A program made the position numbers and the translations under genes. Below, in pieces: positions 47,701-62,350 of a stretch of 64,000 bases of DNA (position 1 is its first letter; each line of letters opens with the position of its first letter). Below the pieces are notes generated by a model that saw only the letters and a list, made by a program, of their open reading frames with translations, searched no databases and was not told where the DNA came from. Source of the DNA: Ascidiella aspersa (Eukaryota). The stretch spans positions 12,338,001-12,402,000 of the forward strand of contig OZ004607.1 of assembly GCA_963924565.1 (NCBI GenBank), written 5' to 3'.

Positions 47701-50700
47701 GACCCAATGTTTTGTTATTTAAGTATCACTTGGTTGCCTTTGTGGTAATATAGTATATAGGTTTATCTACTTATTTCATCTTATCGGGAGCAGACTCCAA
47801 GATTACCGTTTTCAAAAACTGAACAATGTTTGACGGCAAACTACTTAGCCTTGCAGTAGACAGAACTTCGATGTTCTATTAAATGTGTATAAACTAAATT
47901 TAAATATGTATTAATAAACCACAAACGGTGATAAACTCAATTTTTAGTGCTCCGCGCCATGCAACGCAACCGGTTCACGAAATCGCACTGTCCAGTGTGT
48001 CACATACGTCATCAATGACGTCATTCTCTCGAAGAATACGGTGGACACCCCGGTCGACGACTTCCTGGACGTGGGCCGCGTGGGCTCCCGCAAGAAAACA
48101 AAGGATCCTACATTAAAGAAAAAAGGTGGAGCGCCTGGCGTTAAGGAACAAGAAGGAGGTTCACCTTTAAACCAAGAGGATAACGGAGCAGATCATCTAA
48201 ACGAACAAATCCAAAGCAATCATCCATCTAAAAATCAGAGCCATTCTTCTCCTCATAAAAAACACAAAGTACCTCCTAAGGAAGACCAACATCTAACCGA
48301 GGAGGAAGTTTACTCCTCAGTGATGCTCAACTCGGACGTTGAGCATCTTACCATGAACAAGGTCCACATCGTCAAGAAGAGGGGAAAGGCAAGAAAGTGG
48401 GGCAAGAAAATGCTCGAAAACCTCGATTATGACGTCGTGGAAGATGGTGATTGTGACGTGGAACGTCGACCTCACGCGACCGAAGTTTGCCAGGGCAATC
48501 CTTGCGCCGTACAGACCAGGTATGTTCAAACGATCGCAATAGAGCTGTTTGTAGTCTTAAGGTGTGAATTGACTTTTGGCACTTTTGTATTTTTACAAAA
48601 GGTAAGATTCTTAAACGCTTATTTCTAATGCTGGCCAAAAATAGCTTTAAGTTTAAATCAAAACAGCTGTGGATTTACCCAATGTACAGAATGATTGAAA
48701 GACATATAGTTAGGTAGGTAATACTTTAGGGGCCTAATACTTAAAAGTTAAGTTAATACAAATTTATTGTTGTTGTTTGACACACACAACATCTCGACGT
48801 GCGTTGCTTTTCTTTTGTTCCCACTTACCATCATCCAAATGTTATGCACTTTACAAATATATCTGTCAGACATTAACCTACTAGACTTCTCTTTGGTCAG
48901 AGAACAGTGTGCGAGACAATTTATAACTTTAGTACTTATACACATTCAGTAGATAGGCAAATGTGTTGGCGGCTATCTATCATTTGAGTCATTTTCCCCC
49001 TTTATGTAGAGTTATACGAGTTATATCTATTAGTAAACTTTTATTTTCTCAATATTCAAAATTAAAACGATGTCCTTTCAGAAAATTGTTTAGGATTTAA
49101 ACCAGTGGTTCTTGACCTTTTTTCCTGTGATGTCGAGCGCAAAAATGAAAATGCCAAGGGCAAAATGAAAACATTGCCTTATCGTGATTCATAAGATATG
49201 ATGACACACATTACAACGGCAATATTGCAAAAACACTATAGATTAGCGCAAAAAACTTCGAGTCCCCCTTTTGCTAGGCTGTTATCATTTGTAAAGTATG
49301 AATAAAAAATAGTTCGAAAGGGGGTTGAAAAATTGTATTTAAATAGGGCCGTTATACTTTCCATGATATGAAAACATGCAATTGCATTGAAATAGACTTT
49401 GTGTTAAAAAAGTCAATAAAAGTAGAAAACTGAAGATTCGCGCGTGCTTGACAATGAAATCAGTTTCAATGTTAAAGTTGTCAAAAAACCAGAGGTTGTA
49501 CAGCTGTAGGAGTGGTGCCCAACACAAACGAAACCAATAAAATTGCTGCATAAAATGAATAATGTAATAGAGCTCGCGCCCCCGTAAGAATTGCTTGGCG
49601 CCCCCCCCCCCCCCCCCCCCCCCGGTTAAGAACCGCTGATTTAAACGATACATGTTGTTCCAGAAAACCTACCCAGGCTGCTATCCTTCGACGAGATCCG
49701 ATGTTTGACATTCCTAGTCACTCCCACCCACCCAACATCACTTCCAACTACGTGTTTAACCCACTTCACTCACCTGCTGCCAGTTTCGACATCGAGGGGT
49801 CAACAGATGCCGGCGGAAAACCCACGGACCAACGCGGGCGAAAATCGCCTGGCAACTCCTCCACGTCGGGTTCCGGGAGCGGAGATCAACTGAGCTTCAA
49901 CGTTTCTAAGACAACCCCGACTTTCACTGTGACCACGTTGGCGATAAATTCGTCAGACGACGACAACACTTTCGGCACGTCGTCCGGCGCATCAACAACT
50001 GACGTGGAAACTCAAACCACAAAACCAATAACTACTACGACTACCACATCAACGACATCGACCATCGGCGAACCAAGCCCGGTGACACCCAAACCACGTT
50101 GGCTGACCGGCTACTGGGGACAGGTGGGCTGTGTTCTGTCAAAGTTTTTGATAAATGTATAGTTAACTGATATTAAACAATTTAATTCCCTTTTTTACCT
50201 GACGAATTATAAAAAAGCTTTCGGTGAGTGCCTTACATTTATTACGCATAAATTACAGCAAGACAACGTCTGAAACTTTTCTTGACTGCACCGAAATTTT
50301 ATTAACAAGTGTTTTAGTAGTGAACCAAGATACACTCACTTGCCCAAGTTGATGATTATCATCCCGGACACGTATTTGTTGGATTATTTGATTAAAAATC
50401 GTGTAATTTGAAAAAAATCGCAATTTCTCATTTAAAATTGCGTTCTCAATTGTCCTTAAAAGGTTGACGCTGATTTGTCGAGATTTCGGGGGATCCGGAA
50501 AGCAATATTTGTTTTAACCGATTAGTACTATACGTACCACTGAGATATTCTATCGTTCACAGATACGCTAGCATTTAAAAGGTATAAGTAATATTTAAAT
50601 TTTATTCATAAAACCTTCAACATTGTTAGTACTGCGCATTTGTTCGGTAGAAAAGGTTATAAGCAAAAAAACCTTTCTCAAAAATGGCAAACTTGGTAAG

Positions 50701-53700
50701 CGTTTTACCGAAAAAACTAAACCCTTGAAACCTTTTGGTCTACACTTTTGTATACTCTAAAATCAATAAAACTGTGTCAATAATTAGAAAATTTCTAGTT
50801 GAATATTCATGATTTTTGAACATTTAGTGTTCAACAAGCTGTGGTGAAGGCGCCCGCATCCGTAACGTTGTTTGCAGCGGAGGACCTGACAGGTGCGACA
50901 ACAAAACCAAGCCAGCCCCCGCCCAGAGGTGCAACCTTAAGCCGTGCTCGTTGTGGAAGTACGGCGGCTGGACTAAGGTACGCCGATGTTTTTCTGGTTG
51001 TGCTTCTCCAAACCAAATATTTTGACATTGTTAAAAATATGTATGCTGTTTAGTTCTACAGCCTGGGATTTTTATCAAGTTCCCTGCTTGCTGGTTACCA
51101 GTTGATTAACTTTTCGCCCTCCAGCTGATAAGTAAATAACGTTCCCAGCTTCTTGTAAACAGGATTCGGTTTGTCCAATTTTCTAAAAAATGTCGATTCG
51201 TCTTATCAAATATCGCTTCCCGCTGGTCCACCGGTATCAATTTTGAATCAACTTGCCACCGCACATCAACTAATTAGCTTTTTGCTAAAATGTTGTGTAG
51301 TAATTTTAAGTTCTTAATAACAATTGCTTAATCTCTTGAGTCTGTGTTATAACCGGTACAAAAACGTACCCGTAACTTAAGGTAATGTCGAGTAGTAAAC
51401 AACATATCCCCGCTATTTTAATGCTTTTACTGGTGTTTCTAAAAACGTATACTACACCAAACCTCAGTGTTCCCGCCTCTGTGGACGCGGCCTGAAGTTT
51501 CGCAAAATCCAGTGCCGCAACTCGCTCACCAACGACCTCCTTCGTCCGTACCACTGCAAGACCGTGCCGCGATTGCGAGCGATTAACGCGACATGCGACA
51601 TGAAGCGTTGTATGCCTTGGAAAACGTCAAGATGGAGCAGGGTAAGAGGCGTCTGATGCATTCCCCTGTTCTAAATTTCAAACAATAAAAACGACAATTT
51701 TGGCAATCGATTACCAATTTTAGTTTGGCAGAAATGTCTGTGTGAATTAAAATGAAAAATAAGTCCAAAGAGTATCATCATAAATATACATATATTTACA
51801 AATAATACACACCAGACACACAAACACCTATATCTATTTCAAACATATATTTCCTTTGTGATCTAGTTTTCATGAGACCACCTAATGTCTGTTGCTCTCC
51901 ACGAAAGCAGGAATCCATATGAAAAACTAAAAAAAATATTAATTGGGCCACTCTCTTTGTAACTCCACTTGTGGTTTAAGGCTCTTCCTTTTCCTAATCC
52001 AGTGACGTTATGTACTACACTATTTTGTATTGATCGTGGATGGGGAGAAAAATTGAAACTTTAAACTTGAAATAACTTTAACCTATTTTTGGTTTTAGTA
52101 AAAACGAACTGATTTCTTGACTTAACGTTTCTCTACAATTCATTTGCTATATACCATGGTTTAAATTTGCTCTGCAGTGCAACGCGACATGCGGGCCCGG
52201 TTCACAAAGACGGCGCTTCGCGTGTTCCAAGGAGGGCATGTGCGACCCCGCCGCCCGACCAGCGGTCATTCAGCAGTGCACGATGCGCGTTTGCGTCGAA
52301 TGGAGGACCACGGCATGGGAACGGGTATAAATTTCAAATACTTTTTCGGTCGTTTTTTTACTTACCACACTTCGGTATAAAAGTGTATTTTACAAGTCGT
52401 TAGTAAACCATCGTTAGGTCAGCTTGTCGGCCACGATTCCGAAAAAATTGGTTTATTTATACCAACTTGGCTTTGGTAATTTCTTTCAAATCGAAAATAT
52501 TGCGAGTCTTTGTCTCAAACCTATTAATTTTTTTTTGCTGTTTTTGCTGTGTTTTAAAAGTATTTTTAGGTTACTTAAAACAAGAATGCCACTTTTATAC
52601 GAAAACTACGAGCCTCATGTTTTTTATTGAATGCCAAACGTTGACTTGAAATCTGTCGATATATTTTGCACCAGGTTTCTATTATGACCACCTATTAATA
52701 TATAATTTGCATATCCCCCAAAAATAATGTGCAATGCATAAATCAAAGGGATACAAAAATGATCTGTGAAACCTATGACACAATGTCGATTGCGTTTACC
52801 GCAAAAGCTGTATATCTAGATTAACTTACGATGTGTTTATCCGTTTTTTACTAACTCGATTGTGTTACTGATTGTAATTGTTTAAGCCTTTAGATCAGCA
52901 TACCGATATTTCACTTTCCATAAATCAGCCATTTTAGCATACGTACCACAGCATATTTAATTCGCTTTTCACACCTTGTTAGTACGAAAACGCTAACTTA
53001 TTTGTGCTGCTTAAAAGTAATTCACACTGCATGTTTCACTAGCAAATCCTTTTTTGTGAAAACGCAAGGGTATGTAATCTTTTTAGAATAAAATGAAGAG
53101 CAAAACCTATGCGAGATATTGTATTAACTTTGACAAAGCCGTGGTTCTAATGTTAAAACATGTTTATCAACATCTAATTGGGTTTTGTTATCGATTCTAT
53201 ACCCTATGCAGGAATATTTACCCTTTTTTAACGCAATGTAAATATATTCATTGCTAATCAGCATATTTGTCAGTTTGACAACGTACCAAAAAAGAAAGTA
53301 AATTTGTGCCAAAAGTTTCCACTTAAATGCTTTTCTGAAATAAGCAAAATAACTTTTGTGTTTTTTATTTAATGGGCGCTAAACGAAATGCTTGCTCAAA
53401 TTACCCTGGAATTTTAATGATTTGCTTGCTTTTGATGCACGATTTGTCGAATCATACACGATTGTAAATATATTGCGTCGTCTCCGTAGCGAATTTGCTG
53501 AATGCAAGCTCAGGACCAATTCAATTAACAGTGACGTGTTCAACATCAAACATGTGGCCGGAAATTGGGTTAGCTACAAACAGCAAAGTAGCTATGGAGA
53601 CGACATTGTTTCACATGTGTTGCATGTCACAGGAAATTTGTATGTTGTCACACTTCACTTTTCACATCGTTTCGTGCTGCTTTGTCACAATGGATTGCTT

Positions 53701-56126
53701 TTTGCTTGCAAATAAAATAAACAAAAAAAGTTATAACAAACAGTACAGATTGGAAAATTGACTGATAATAATTAATCAGACCGCGGAATCTTTAGAAAAT
53801 TTCAGCTTATCGAAAGCCGCTAAAGTAGAAAACTACTGAATTAATCCAGAAGTTTAATCACTCATTTTGTAGCTTCGCTGCTTCATCATCGTGTTAAGTG
53901 TTTGCTAACATGTAATTTACTAAGTCTTGTGTTTTTTTAACTTGAACTATACCCTTTAATATTATACCTTTATTGGCTTGGCTGGTCGCATAGTTTCCGA
54001 GATTGTCGCATGCAATCAAGAGTAAAAGTGCACGCCTAATTCAGCTTGATCGGTTTTGATGTGATTTGTAGCCAAAACTGTGCGTCCTTAATAAACCTAA
54101 TAATTGTAGGCTATAGCTTTCGTAACAGAAGAGCTTGTTGTGTTTGATAGCAGCGCTCGTTTGCATGTTTGTGCCGCTTGGAAAATGGATCACTCACGTA
54201 AAAGGTCTCCTGACAGTTAATTAAAATGTTTTTGTTACTTGAAAAATATTTGCAAAGAAACCACATAACTCTACAAGGAGATCCGGGACTAACAAAACCT
54301 GTATAAAAAACGCCTGAACAACTCATTGCTTACCCTTACTATAGCCCAAAAAGTTATTTCGATAATTATAATTATTCAAAGTGGGTCAATTTTTACCGCA
54401 TTTGCAAATTTCGTCAATATATTTGAAGTTGCAATAACATTGCTACAAAAGTTGCAATAACATTGCTACAAAAGGGGATTCTGACACTTTTTAAAGTGGT
54501 TGTAGGCGACTGGACTGTTCACCTGTACAAACGCGATTCGCTGAGTCACAGCGAAAGCTAAAATCGGGACGGTTTGCACGCTTTACCTTGATGTTGCAGT
54601 GTTCCGTCAACTGCGGCACTGGCCTGCAGCAGCGCGCGGCCGAATGCGTGGAAACGGCTTCGGGCAAGCTGAGCAATAAGTGTAGCAACTCGATGAAACC
54701 TCGGACACTGCAGAAGTGCAACTTGGGAAGATGTCGCGTAACGGATTTCGGTGGGTTCTCGGCAGTGTTATAAACAAGTCATTTTGAAATGACTTAAGTC
54801 CCAGTCAAGTCATTTGTAAAAAACTTAAGTCCAAGTCAAGTCTATTTGAATAAAAAAAAGTCAGTTGCGCAAGTCAAGTCCCAGTGCTAAACTATTCGAA
54901 TTTTAGTGGTACGATTATAAACAATAACTGAACTACAAAAAAGAAAACGCAACATATAGCAAGCAAATTGTTTTATGTGCAAAAATTTGGTTAAATAGCT
55001 TAATCCTAAAAAAAATACTTAAAGAAAACATTTCATTTCAACCCAATTTATTTGTCCGAAAGGCTTAAGTAAAGTCATGCAGCGACTTAAGTGTAAAAGT
55101 CGTGCAGCGACTTAAGTGTGCTTAAGTCAAGTCATTGGCTTATTGATTTAAGTCATTACAACAGTGGTTCTCGGCGTAGTTAACTTAAGTCCAAATCTCC
55201 AAGCACGTTACTATTGCGAACTTTTTCATCTGCTACCTTCAAAAAATATTGCAAATTTCTACTACGATTAAAGTTTGGCTGTGATAAACTGAAAATATTT
55301 ATATGCCAGTTTCGGCACACATTTGTTGAAATAATAATGTACAATTTAGTTGCGAATTATAACCTTTAGTTGCGAATTACATTAGTATTAACAAATGCCG
55401 TTTAAAATTCAGAAAAAACCACGATTCGTAAAGATAAAACAGTAGGGCTTATTGCAACCTACTGCAGGGTGCAAACCCCTACTTTGGTAAGCTTTTACAT
55501 TAGGTAGAATCGCCGCATTGTAAGTGGTCGAACGCTGAAAGGCCTTTTCCACCTTCCAAGACCAGAGTTATAGCGACAAGGGGCTAAAATAACGGACTTG
55601 ATTTACTTCTTTCAAAGTCGTTGTTATTTATTTGAAAGGACAGGGCTATTTAGGTTATGTTTGATAAACATTCGGTATCCACCGATTTTACTAAGTCTTA
55701 ATTGGAATTTTTTAAATATATTTTTAAAGTTTAGTAGTATCCTAAGATTTTATAAAGTTTTAATAGGATTTTTTATATATATTTTAAATTTTAGTAGTAC
55801 TATTTGAAAAAGGCTTGAGCAATATTTTTAAAATGACACGATTGTTTTCACCTAAATATATATTTAAAATGAGTATTTTCAAGTTTTTAACCACTACTTA
55901 GTGTTGTTCCTATTGGCTTGAATCAACATTGATATGAAATCATTTGAAATGTACTCTTCACATTTTATGCACAGATTTTAGCGCATGCACTGGTGATCGA
56001 TTGAAAACAATGTTTTGCAAAGTCCTAAAGAAATGGGGAAAGTGCGTTCAACCGTCGCTTGCAATTCAATGTTGTGCAACTTGCACAACATTTACGAGCG
56101 TTCGAAGAAAAGATAAGATTTCGTGA
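35790..56126 (+). CDS. ADAMTS7/12: Second ADAMTS7/12-type copy, Cys-rich domain to PLAC; apparently 5'-truncated (no pro, catalytic, disintegrin or central TSP1 exons seen), possibly a pseudogene
   Basis: Exons 35790-35901 ([17 protein letters not shown]), 36283-36416 ([23 protein letters not shown]), 36803-36926 ([18 protein letters not shown]), 37265-37404 ([17 protein letters not shown]), then 45588-45701, 46033-46174, 46551-46677, 47299-47518, 47948-48519, 49664-50123, 50828-50977, 51468-51641, 52178-52324, 54600-54750, 55975-56126. All phases are compatible. Confidence 0.8.
36889..37064. repeat. Perfect 176-bp palindrome (88-bp arms, no spacer, (AT)n centre)
   Basis: tgacgtcaccaagacatttaaccgcacccgcggcgaaggtagagtgattaac... 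is exactly reverse-complemented to 37064; centre at 36976/36977. Confidence 0.97.
37720..37918 (-). mobile_element. Possible degraded tRNA-derived SINE
   Basis: On the minus strand: A-box-like TGGCGTTCAGCACGTAGG, B-box-like GGTTCGGGTTC, a GTCATACCAGGAC core, and a CATACACACACA simple-repeat tail. The boxes are imperfect. Confidence 0.3.
38626..44787 (-). CDS. TSSK-like Ser/Thr kinase with long basic repeat tail, ~1300 aa (copy B, last exon open for >530 codons)
   Basis: Same exon chain as copy A; ATG at 44787, last exon 40235-38626. An in-frame 6-nt indel in the KSKEELKLD exon supports coding status of the post-kinase exons. Confidence 0.82.
49103..49638. mobile_element. hAT-type MITE (copy B of 10624-11138)
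   Basis: Same TIRs and ATTTAAAC TSD; expanded poly-C near the right end. Confidence 0.85.
54763..55166. mobile_element. hAT-type MITE (copy B of 16348-16774)
   Basis: Same ends and GTTCTCGG TSD; short internal deletions. Confidence 0.85.
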
Positions 56127-56605
56127 TTGTTTTTGTGACGAAATTTAAAATAGGTTTTAATTGTTTGTTTTGAACCATCTTGCAAAGGGCGACGTTTATT
56201 GCCCCAAAACGGTAAAACTGTGGCACCGTTTTATTTACGTTTATATTTTTTCGTTTGCTTCTGTGATTTGTCTGCGTATTGCTATAGAATATTATTATAT
56301 GAATAAGGCATATGTTTTGTGGCTGAAGGTTTGATCTTCTTGCCTAACAAAACTATTTGACACATGGGTGTTATCAGTGGTGTGACGCGATAGTGAACAA
56401 CCGTTTGGCTTGTCTACTCATTTTGAAAGCCAACTTTTTCTTTATAAGGGTATTAAAATACTATTATTTAGGTAATTACTGCTTGCAGATTGGTCAGTTA
56501 GGTAAAAACTGGCCAAACTGGAAATCAATTTGTAGACCTAAATAAAGTAATTGATTTAGGATAATTACGTGAACTCTGAAGGGAACCGATTCCCACGATC
56601 TAGTA

Positions 56606-56981
56606 CAGGGGTTCTTAACCTTTTTTGTATGTTTTACCCTTTTAAAAAAGATAAAAATCTCATTTACCCCCAATATATAAAGTGGTACTCATTTATTAAA
56701 AAAAATAAAAGTAACAAATTGCATCAGTTATATTCAGATCGACAGCTGCCCTTGTTTTTTGACAACGAGTTGTTCAATGTCTGTTAAAGTAGCCCATAAT
56801 GCAAAACGAATATCAAATTCAACACGTTAAGTCGGTTTCGTTCTTTATATTTGATATGCAGAAAAGCCGCTTCGCATTAGTTTGTTCAAAAAAACGTAAC
56901 GACAATATTTAGAGCTGAAATACTTCTCCTTGGATTTACCCCAAAAAAACGAGTAAATTTACCCCAGGTTAAAAAAGGATG
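56606..56981. mobile_element. hAT/Charlie-like MITE (copy B)
   Basis: Left end CAGGGGTTCTTAACC; ATCTAGTA TSD on both sides. Confidence 0.75.
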
Positions 56982-57655
56982 ATCTAGTACTAATCGGTTA
57001 AATCTCATCACTGTATATAAATTTATTAAACACTGAAACATGGCATGACATCGTTTTTTGGTTAGAACGACCCATGCAATCTGAAATGCTTTGCTTATCG
57101 TTTTATAGCAAAATTTTCCAATGCCTTTTCATCCGTCTTAGCATTTTGCAGAGATAGATCATTAACGTGAAATTAAACAACAATATGCTGATAGTAAAAA
57201 TAGTGTTAAAGTTTACATTGAGTGTCATTTAAAAAGCTCCAAATTCACCATGACAGAAAGTAAAATTGAATAACCTTTCATAACTGTTGTCAATTTTCAA
57301 CGTGCTTCAGTTCGCTGGCTGTGAAGTTTCCTTATTGTTTTTTATTTCACTTCCTGATTCATAGATCCAAATTAACGATGTCAACTTCAGTTTATTGCAT
57401 TCTGACCAAAACAGCAAAGCCGAATAAACGAATACGCTTGCTTGACTATCAACTTACGAAGTAACGACTTCTGTAAAAACTGTTTCAGTTTAAATATAAT
57501 GATGTCGACATTAAACGTTTTTTACAATTTTCACCCATAATAAAAACACAACTGTTATTCCGATTACGCTTTTTTAGTAATTTAAATCGTACTCCGTGCA
57601 CGTCAGCATAGATGTATTGTACAGTTTTGCGAATGCATATTTTATCGGTTATAAG

Positions 57656-58088
57656 TAGGGAGATTATTTTTTACCTAAAAAATAGGACATTTTGATCTGA
57701 AAAACTAAAATTTTGACAAATTTTGACCTAAAAATAATTTATTTTGACAAAATTTTGACGTGTTAGAAATACATTGATTTAAATAACCTAGGTGTCGTTA
57801 ATCACGCGTTTTTTATGCCGTATATTTCTCTAATAAAGATATAATACGGTTATAATGACTTTGAACATAAATCAAAGCTAAATTTTTTTGATGACATTGA
57901 ACGATAAATTTCAAAACAACTGAATGACGAATTTCAAAAGCTGACTATAGTTTTTTTTTTAATTTTTTAAACGATTTATGTGCATTTTTATTTGATTTCG
58001 ACTTAAAAAATTTTGACAAATTTTGACCTAACGAGTAAATTTTGACAAAATTTTTACTTTTTCTGACAAGTCAAAAATAATCGCCCTA
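57656..58088. mobile_element. hAT-type MITE with TAGGG termini (copy B)
   Basis: Same TIRs; the TSD GTTATAAG is exact on both sides here. Confidence 0.8.
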
Positions 58089-59264
58089 GTTATAAGTGAT
58101 CGAAGCAGCATAACACATATATCTCACTTCTTTCCAAGTGTCAACAGTGCTTTTTTCGCTATTTTCGTCGGTGCTTTTTTTTTCTCGTTTCTGAATCGCT
58201 AAATGTTTAAGTTTTGTTTTTAGTGCGCTCATATATCAACTCGCTTAAAGAAAATTCAGCATACACGTACAATCGTACATTCTTCGTAGTGCTTTTGTTA
58301 TGGAATAAATTGGCAAGCTTTTTATGTATGTATTAAAAGAATGGAACTGCGATGACTATCGTTCAAAATTCCATGGAGTATGGAAATCAAGTATTTGTTT
58401 GTAAGGGTTCCATAAAAAAATGTAACGGCCCATATTTAACACGTTACCAGTTTAAGTGATGCATGATGCCAAAAAGTTCGAACCGATTAAATACTAAGAA
58501 AATGGTTTTTAAATACGTTAGAAATGGTTAAAAGCATATTCATCAGTGCTTTTCAATCGCAATGTATTACATAGGTCTTTACCAAAAGGAAGTAGGCAGA
58601 TCGAAATTTAATCGTGTAATATCTCAAAAAGGAAGCAAAACATCGATCAGAAAATTTTACATATTACTCAAAGCAACCTAACTTAGGATCGGCTTTAAAT
58701 TTAAACTTATCCAAAGTTACTCACATAGGGTGATACTTACGAGTCTACTCTTCTAAAAGAGTCATAGGTATTTTCTTAGGTTGAGAATTCTACTGTGTTT
58801 AATTAAACGTTATATTGTTTTATTAACTTTGTTTTTTTGCTTTTTGATCTTATAAAAATTGTAAAGATCCGGTGCAGGTTCGTTTTAACCCTGGCCCGTG
58901 GGCCACTTGTAGCCAGCATATTATCTGTGGGCCATGTAAAATTTAGTGATGAACTCATTTCGTTAAAAACCCGAACAGTCTTTGTGTCCTACCTATATGC
59001 AGAAAATAGAAAATCAATACAAGAAAATCAGAGCTTCAGGGATTGAGAGGGCCACGCATTGCTATAGTTTTATTATGAGAAATATATTTGTTACAAACTC
59101 TAATAAACATAGAAGACCCACATGATCGCGCGTTCACGACTAAACGGGAACTTGAATAGTATCTTACAAAATACATCAAAATTGGAAGCAAACCAGCTGA
59201 TCCGCACCTTGTTCAATGTAAAGGATAATGACGTGATCTAAAATATCTTAAATATATATGTAAC

Positions 59265-59427
59265 CAGTGTTTTTTTAAGGTGTTTTGGGGGACCGAAACG
59301 GTCCCCCAAATTTCTCCAGCGGTTTCCCAAATTTTGGACTTGCAACTTTTTGGTATTTAAATGAAACACTTGCGGTATCGTAAAACTACTTAGTGGTCAC
59401 CCAAACCAAACCTTAAAAAAAAAACTG
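59265..59427. mobile_element. Short hAT-type MITE (copy B)
   Basis: Same ends and TATGTAAC TSD. Confidence 0.75.
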
Positions 59428-60429
59428 TATGTAACAAAGTAAGACACATGTAGATTATGGTCAAAGAACGAAAATTTATAATTTGCACTTCAGATTTACG
59501 ATATAGACGTTTTTATGAACGTTTTTTTTTACAACCAATCAACAGGAATACGGCCAATCATGGCCATAGTGAAGATATACCAGTTTAGACTAGTTATGTT
59601 TAAACCCTATGAACAAGTGAAAGTGTTGTGTACCATGTGTGGTCAACGTGGCCGTTTTTAACGCTATTTAAATTTTACAAGGTATTATGCTGCCAAACAT
59701 GCTTTATCTATTTCAGGATACACGTAGCCCTGACGTTTATAAGCTGTTGGTATTTTGTAAACTGCGTCACCTTTCGTTATAGCTTTCAGCTATGCCGCCG
59801 AGTCATTCGTCGATTACGCTATATTGAGCGGGTATAATATTGGTTGGGTATACTGCGTACTTCCTTCTGCGTTGTTTACGCTTCATTGTACGCCAGTTTC
59901 CGGTTTAGTAAAGAGAATTAAGAAAAGTGACGCCCCGCTCTACGCATCTTTTAACCTTACTTTAAATTTGACTTTATCTGTTTTGTCAAGGCACTAGGTG
60001 AGCAAGTTGTGTGGTCTATATGCTAAAGGGTCATTATTAAAATAGAAGATAATTTAATGGCATAGACGTTTGTGACCACGCTTAAGGTCACGCCGATTAG
60101 TTGCTTGTTTGTTTTATATATATAGTCGGAAAATTTACTGCAATAATTCGGTGTCGCGTGGAAAAAAACATTGAATTTGTAAATATTTGGGTCGTATTAT
60201 TTTTTCAAAGTTTTACAGCCGCATTGTATTTGTGCAAAGTTCTTTAATGCATTAAAACCCTTGGCGTTATTTATATTTTTTGGGAAATAAACATTTTTGG
60301 CAATAAAAAATGTGAATAAGGACAAAACTGCATATAATTTTCCAAGATTTTACATGGTGTTCTTAGCGTATTAATATTGACTCTATAGGGTTCCGCTTTG
60401 TTATCATAGATAAAAACATTGTTATACGA

Positions 60430-60733
60430 CAGGGCTACTCAATTATTTTTAGCAAAGCTCCAGTTACAAAAGTTAAAAATTTGCTTAAGTCCGTTATATT
60501 TCTCATGAAATAATTTACAGTCAAACAAAGTGTAATACGGTAAAATTTAAATATGTCCTTCGTTTCAACTTAATGTCACTTACTAGAAAGGGGTCTTGAA
60601 TGAACAGCAGCAATTGTTTGCCAAGAAAAAAACTTATCAAATCGCATTGCTAATAGCCTAAATACTGAGGCCGATAGGTTCGGATTCAAATGAAAAGATC
60701 CGCTTTCCTCGGACCGCCAGTTGAGTTGCCCTG
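60430..60733. mobile_element. hAT/Charlie-like MITE (copy B)
   Basis: TIRs CAGGGCTACTCAA / TTGAGTTGCCCTG. Confidence 0.65.
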
Positions 60734-61393
60734 TTCTACATTATAGTCTGGACATCCAAATTTCCTGGAAGTAAAGTTTGTTGTTTATGACTTTTCACAA
60801 TCTAACGGACATAATTTTTTAGGTATTTTATTATCAGGAAGGTTCATAGAGTTACACATGGTTTAATGCATATTGTCAAACTACAAGCCTCCGGTGTACA
60901 TGAAGTGTTAATTTTACTCGCAATTGGATATTAACTTTGAGAAAGCCCAAGTTCAGTGGGCCGCAGCACACCATAGTTGTAGATATTTCGCATTATTTGT
61001 ACAACGCACTTCTTTTAGGGAAAATCTTATTTTGCAAAACTATTTTAGATGCTGTTGATTTGCATGCAGGCAACCCGGCGCAGTTAAAATTAACCGTCAC
61101 GAATAGATAAAACACAATAGAATAATATCCCAAACTTGAAAGTAACATTTAACTGTTTTATCTTCAACAATAAATCTAAAAATACCATTGTCTAAACTCT
61201 AAATCGTAAGGTACAAAGCGAACTAAGTTCTGTATATATAAAACTCGGGCTGACTTACAGTAAACTTGAAGAAAAACGTATAGCCTATAAGCCTGTGTTT
61301 CATACTTGAAAGGTAATCAAGCAAGAGTCGTATAGCATACCGGTAGTCCCTGTCAAATAAAAAAGGTGTTGCTCAAAGAGGAGTTTCCAAAAC

Positions 61394-62350
61394 ATGAACT
61401 CAAGTCAGACGACACTGATGAACGTGGAAAGTTCCCCTGGTCGATTTAAGCTGGAGTGGATTTGCGCAGAAATACTCAACATTGTTGAGACTCTGTGCGT
61501 AATTTGGATTGGAGTAAACTTTATCGTGTATGGAAAACGCAACGACAAGTGGAAAATCACACCGCGACAACAGGATCCAAATATCAAGTCAAGGACAGTT
61601 TATGTCGCTACACTTTGTGCTATTGTGTTTGCACTACTTCGTCTGGTTGCTGACCAAGTATGTTTTAATGTGGGTTATGGTAGACATAATATCAGTTGTG
61701 AAATTGTCAGTTATATTTCCTACGCCTTTTTTGCATTATTTTACATTAGTTACTACCTAGTTATTTGGTTCAGACTTCATAACTTGTACGAGAACATCTC
61801 TTATATACATGCAGTTAAAGTCTGGATCAAGTTTCTCAAATATTTAATGCTGGTACTTGTAATTTCTTCTTGTTCGTTGTCCACTTGGATTTACGCTGAC
61901 CAACAGCAGGTGATAGCATCCAATATATATGGTTGCATTGTGGAGAACCCTGGGGGAGTTATACATTGGTCGCTGAGTGTTGGACTTGGGATAGCTTGGC
62001 TTGGACAGGCAATAATGATCTTCCAATTCCTATACCCACTTCGTCTTCACTTGCGAGGCAGAAACGCAAATGAAATCCTACGAATTGCCAAACGCTCGGC
62101 CATTATTGCAACTGTTGGTGCTGTTACAGACGCCACAAGCATGTTACTACTTAAGTTTGTCGTGCCAAACAGCACAATTGTCACCATTAGCCTTCCCGTG
62201 TTTGATCTTGTTGTATCCGTTAACTTGTTGTGTGTTCTGCTTACTTTCGAATGCTGGCCACAAATAGTTACTTGCATTTTAAGGAAGAAGCCTACTAGTG
62301 CCGCCGCCAAACCAGGGGTGCCCCATGCTTTGTCGTTGGAAAACTTGTAA
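61394..62350 (+). CDS. Intronless 7TM GPCR-like protein, 318 aa (copy B)
   Basis: Identical to the 29059-30015 protein except AVQV>AVKV and VIFS>VISS. Confidence 0.85.
   Translation: MNSSQTTLMNVESSPGRFKLEWICAEILNIVETLCVIWIGVNFIVYGKRNDKWKITPRQQDPNIKSRTVYVATLCAIVFALLRLVADQVCFNVGYGRHNISCEIVSYISYAFFALFYISYYLVIWFRLHNLYENISYIHAVKVWIKFLKYLMLVLVISSCSLSTWIYADQQQVIASNIYGCIVENPGGVIHWSLSVGLGIAWLGQAIMIFQFLYPLRLHLRGRNANEILRIAKRSAIIATVGAVTDATSMLLLKFVVPNSTIVTISLPVFDLVVSVNLLCVLLTFECWPQIVTCILRKKPTSAAAKPGVPHALSLENL

Noticed and set aside
49339-49711. Poly-Gly ORFs on the minus strand
   Set aside because: Caused by a poly-C run in a MITE end; homopolymer length is also unreliable.
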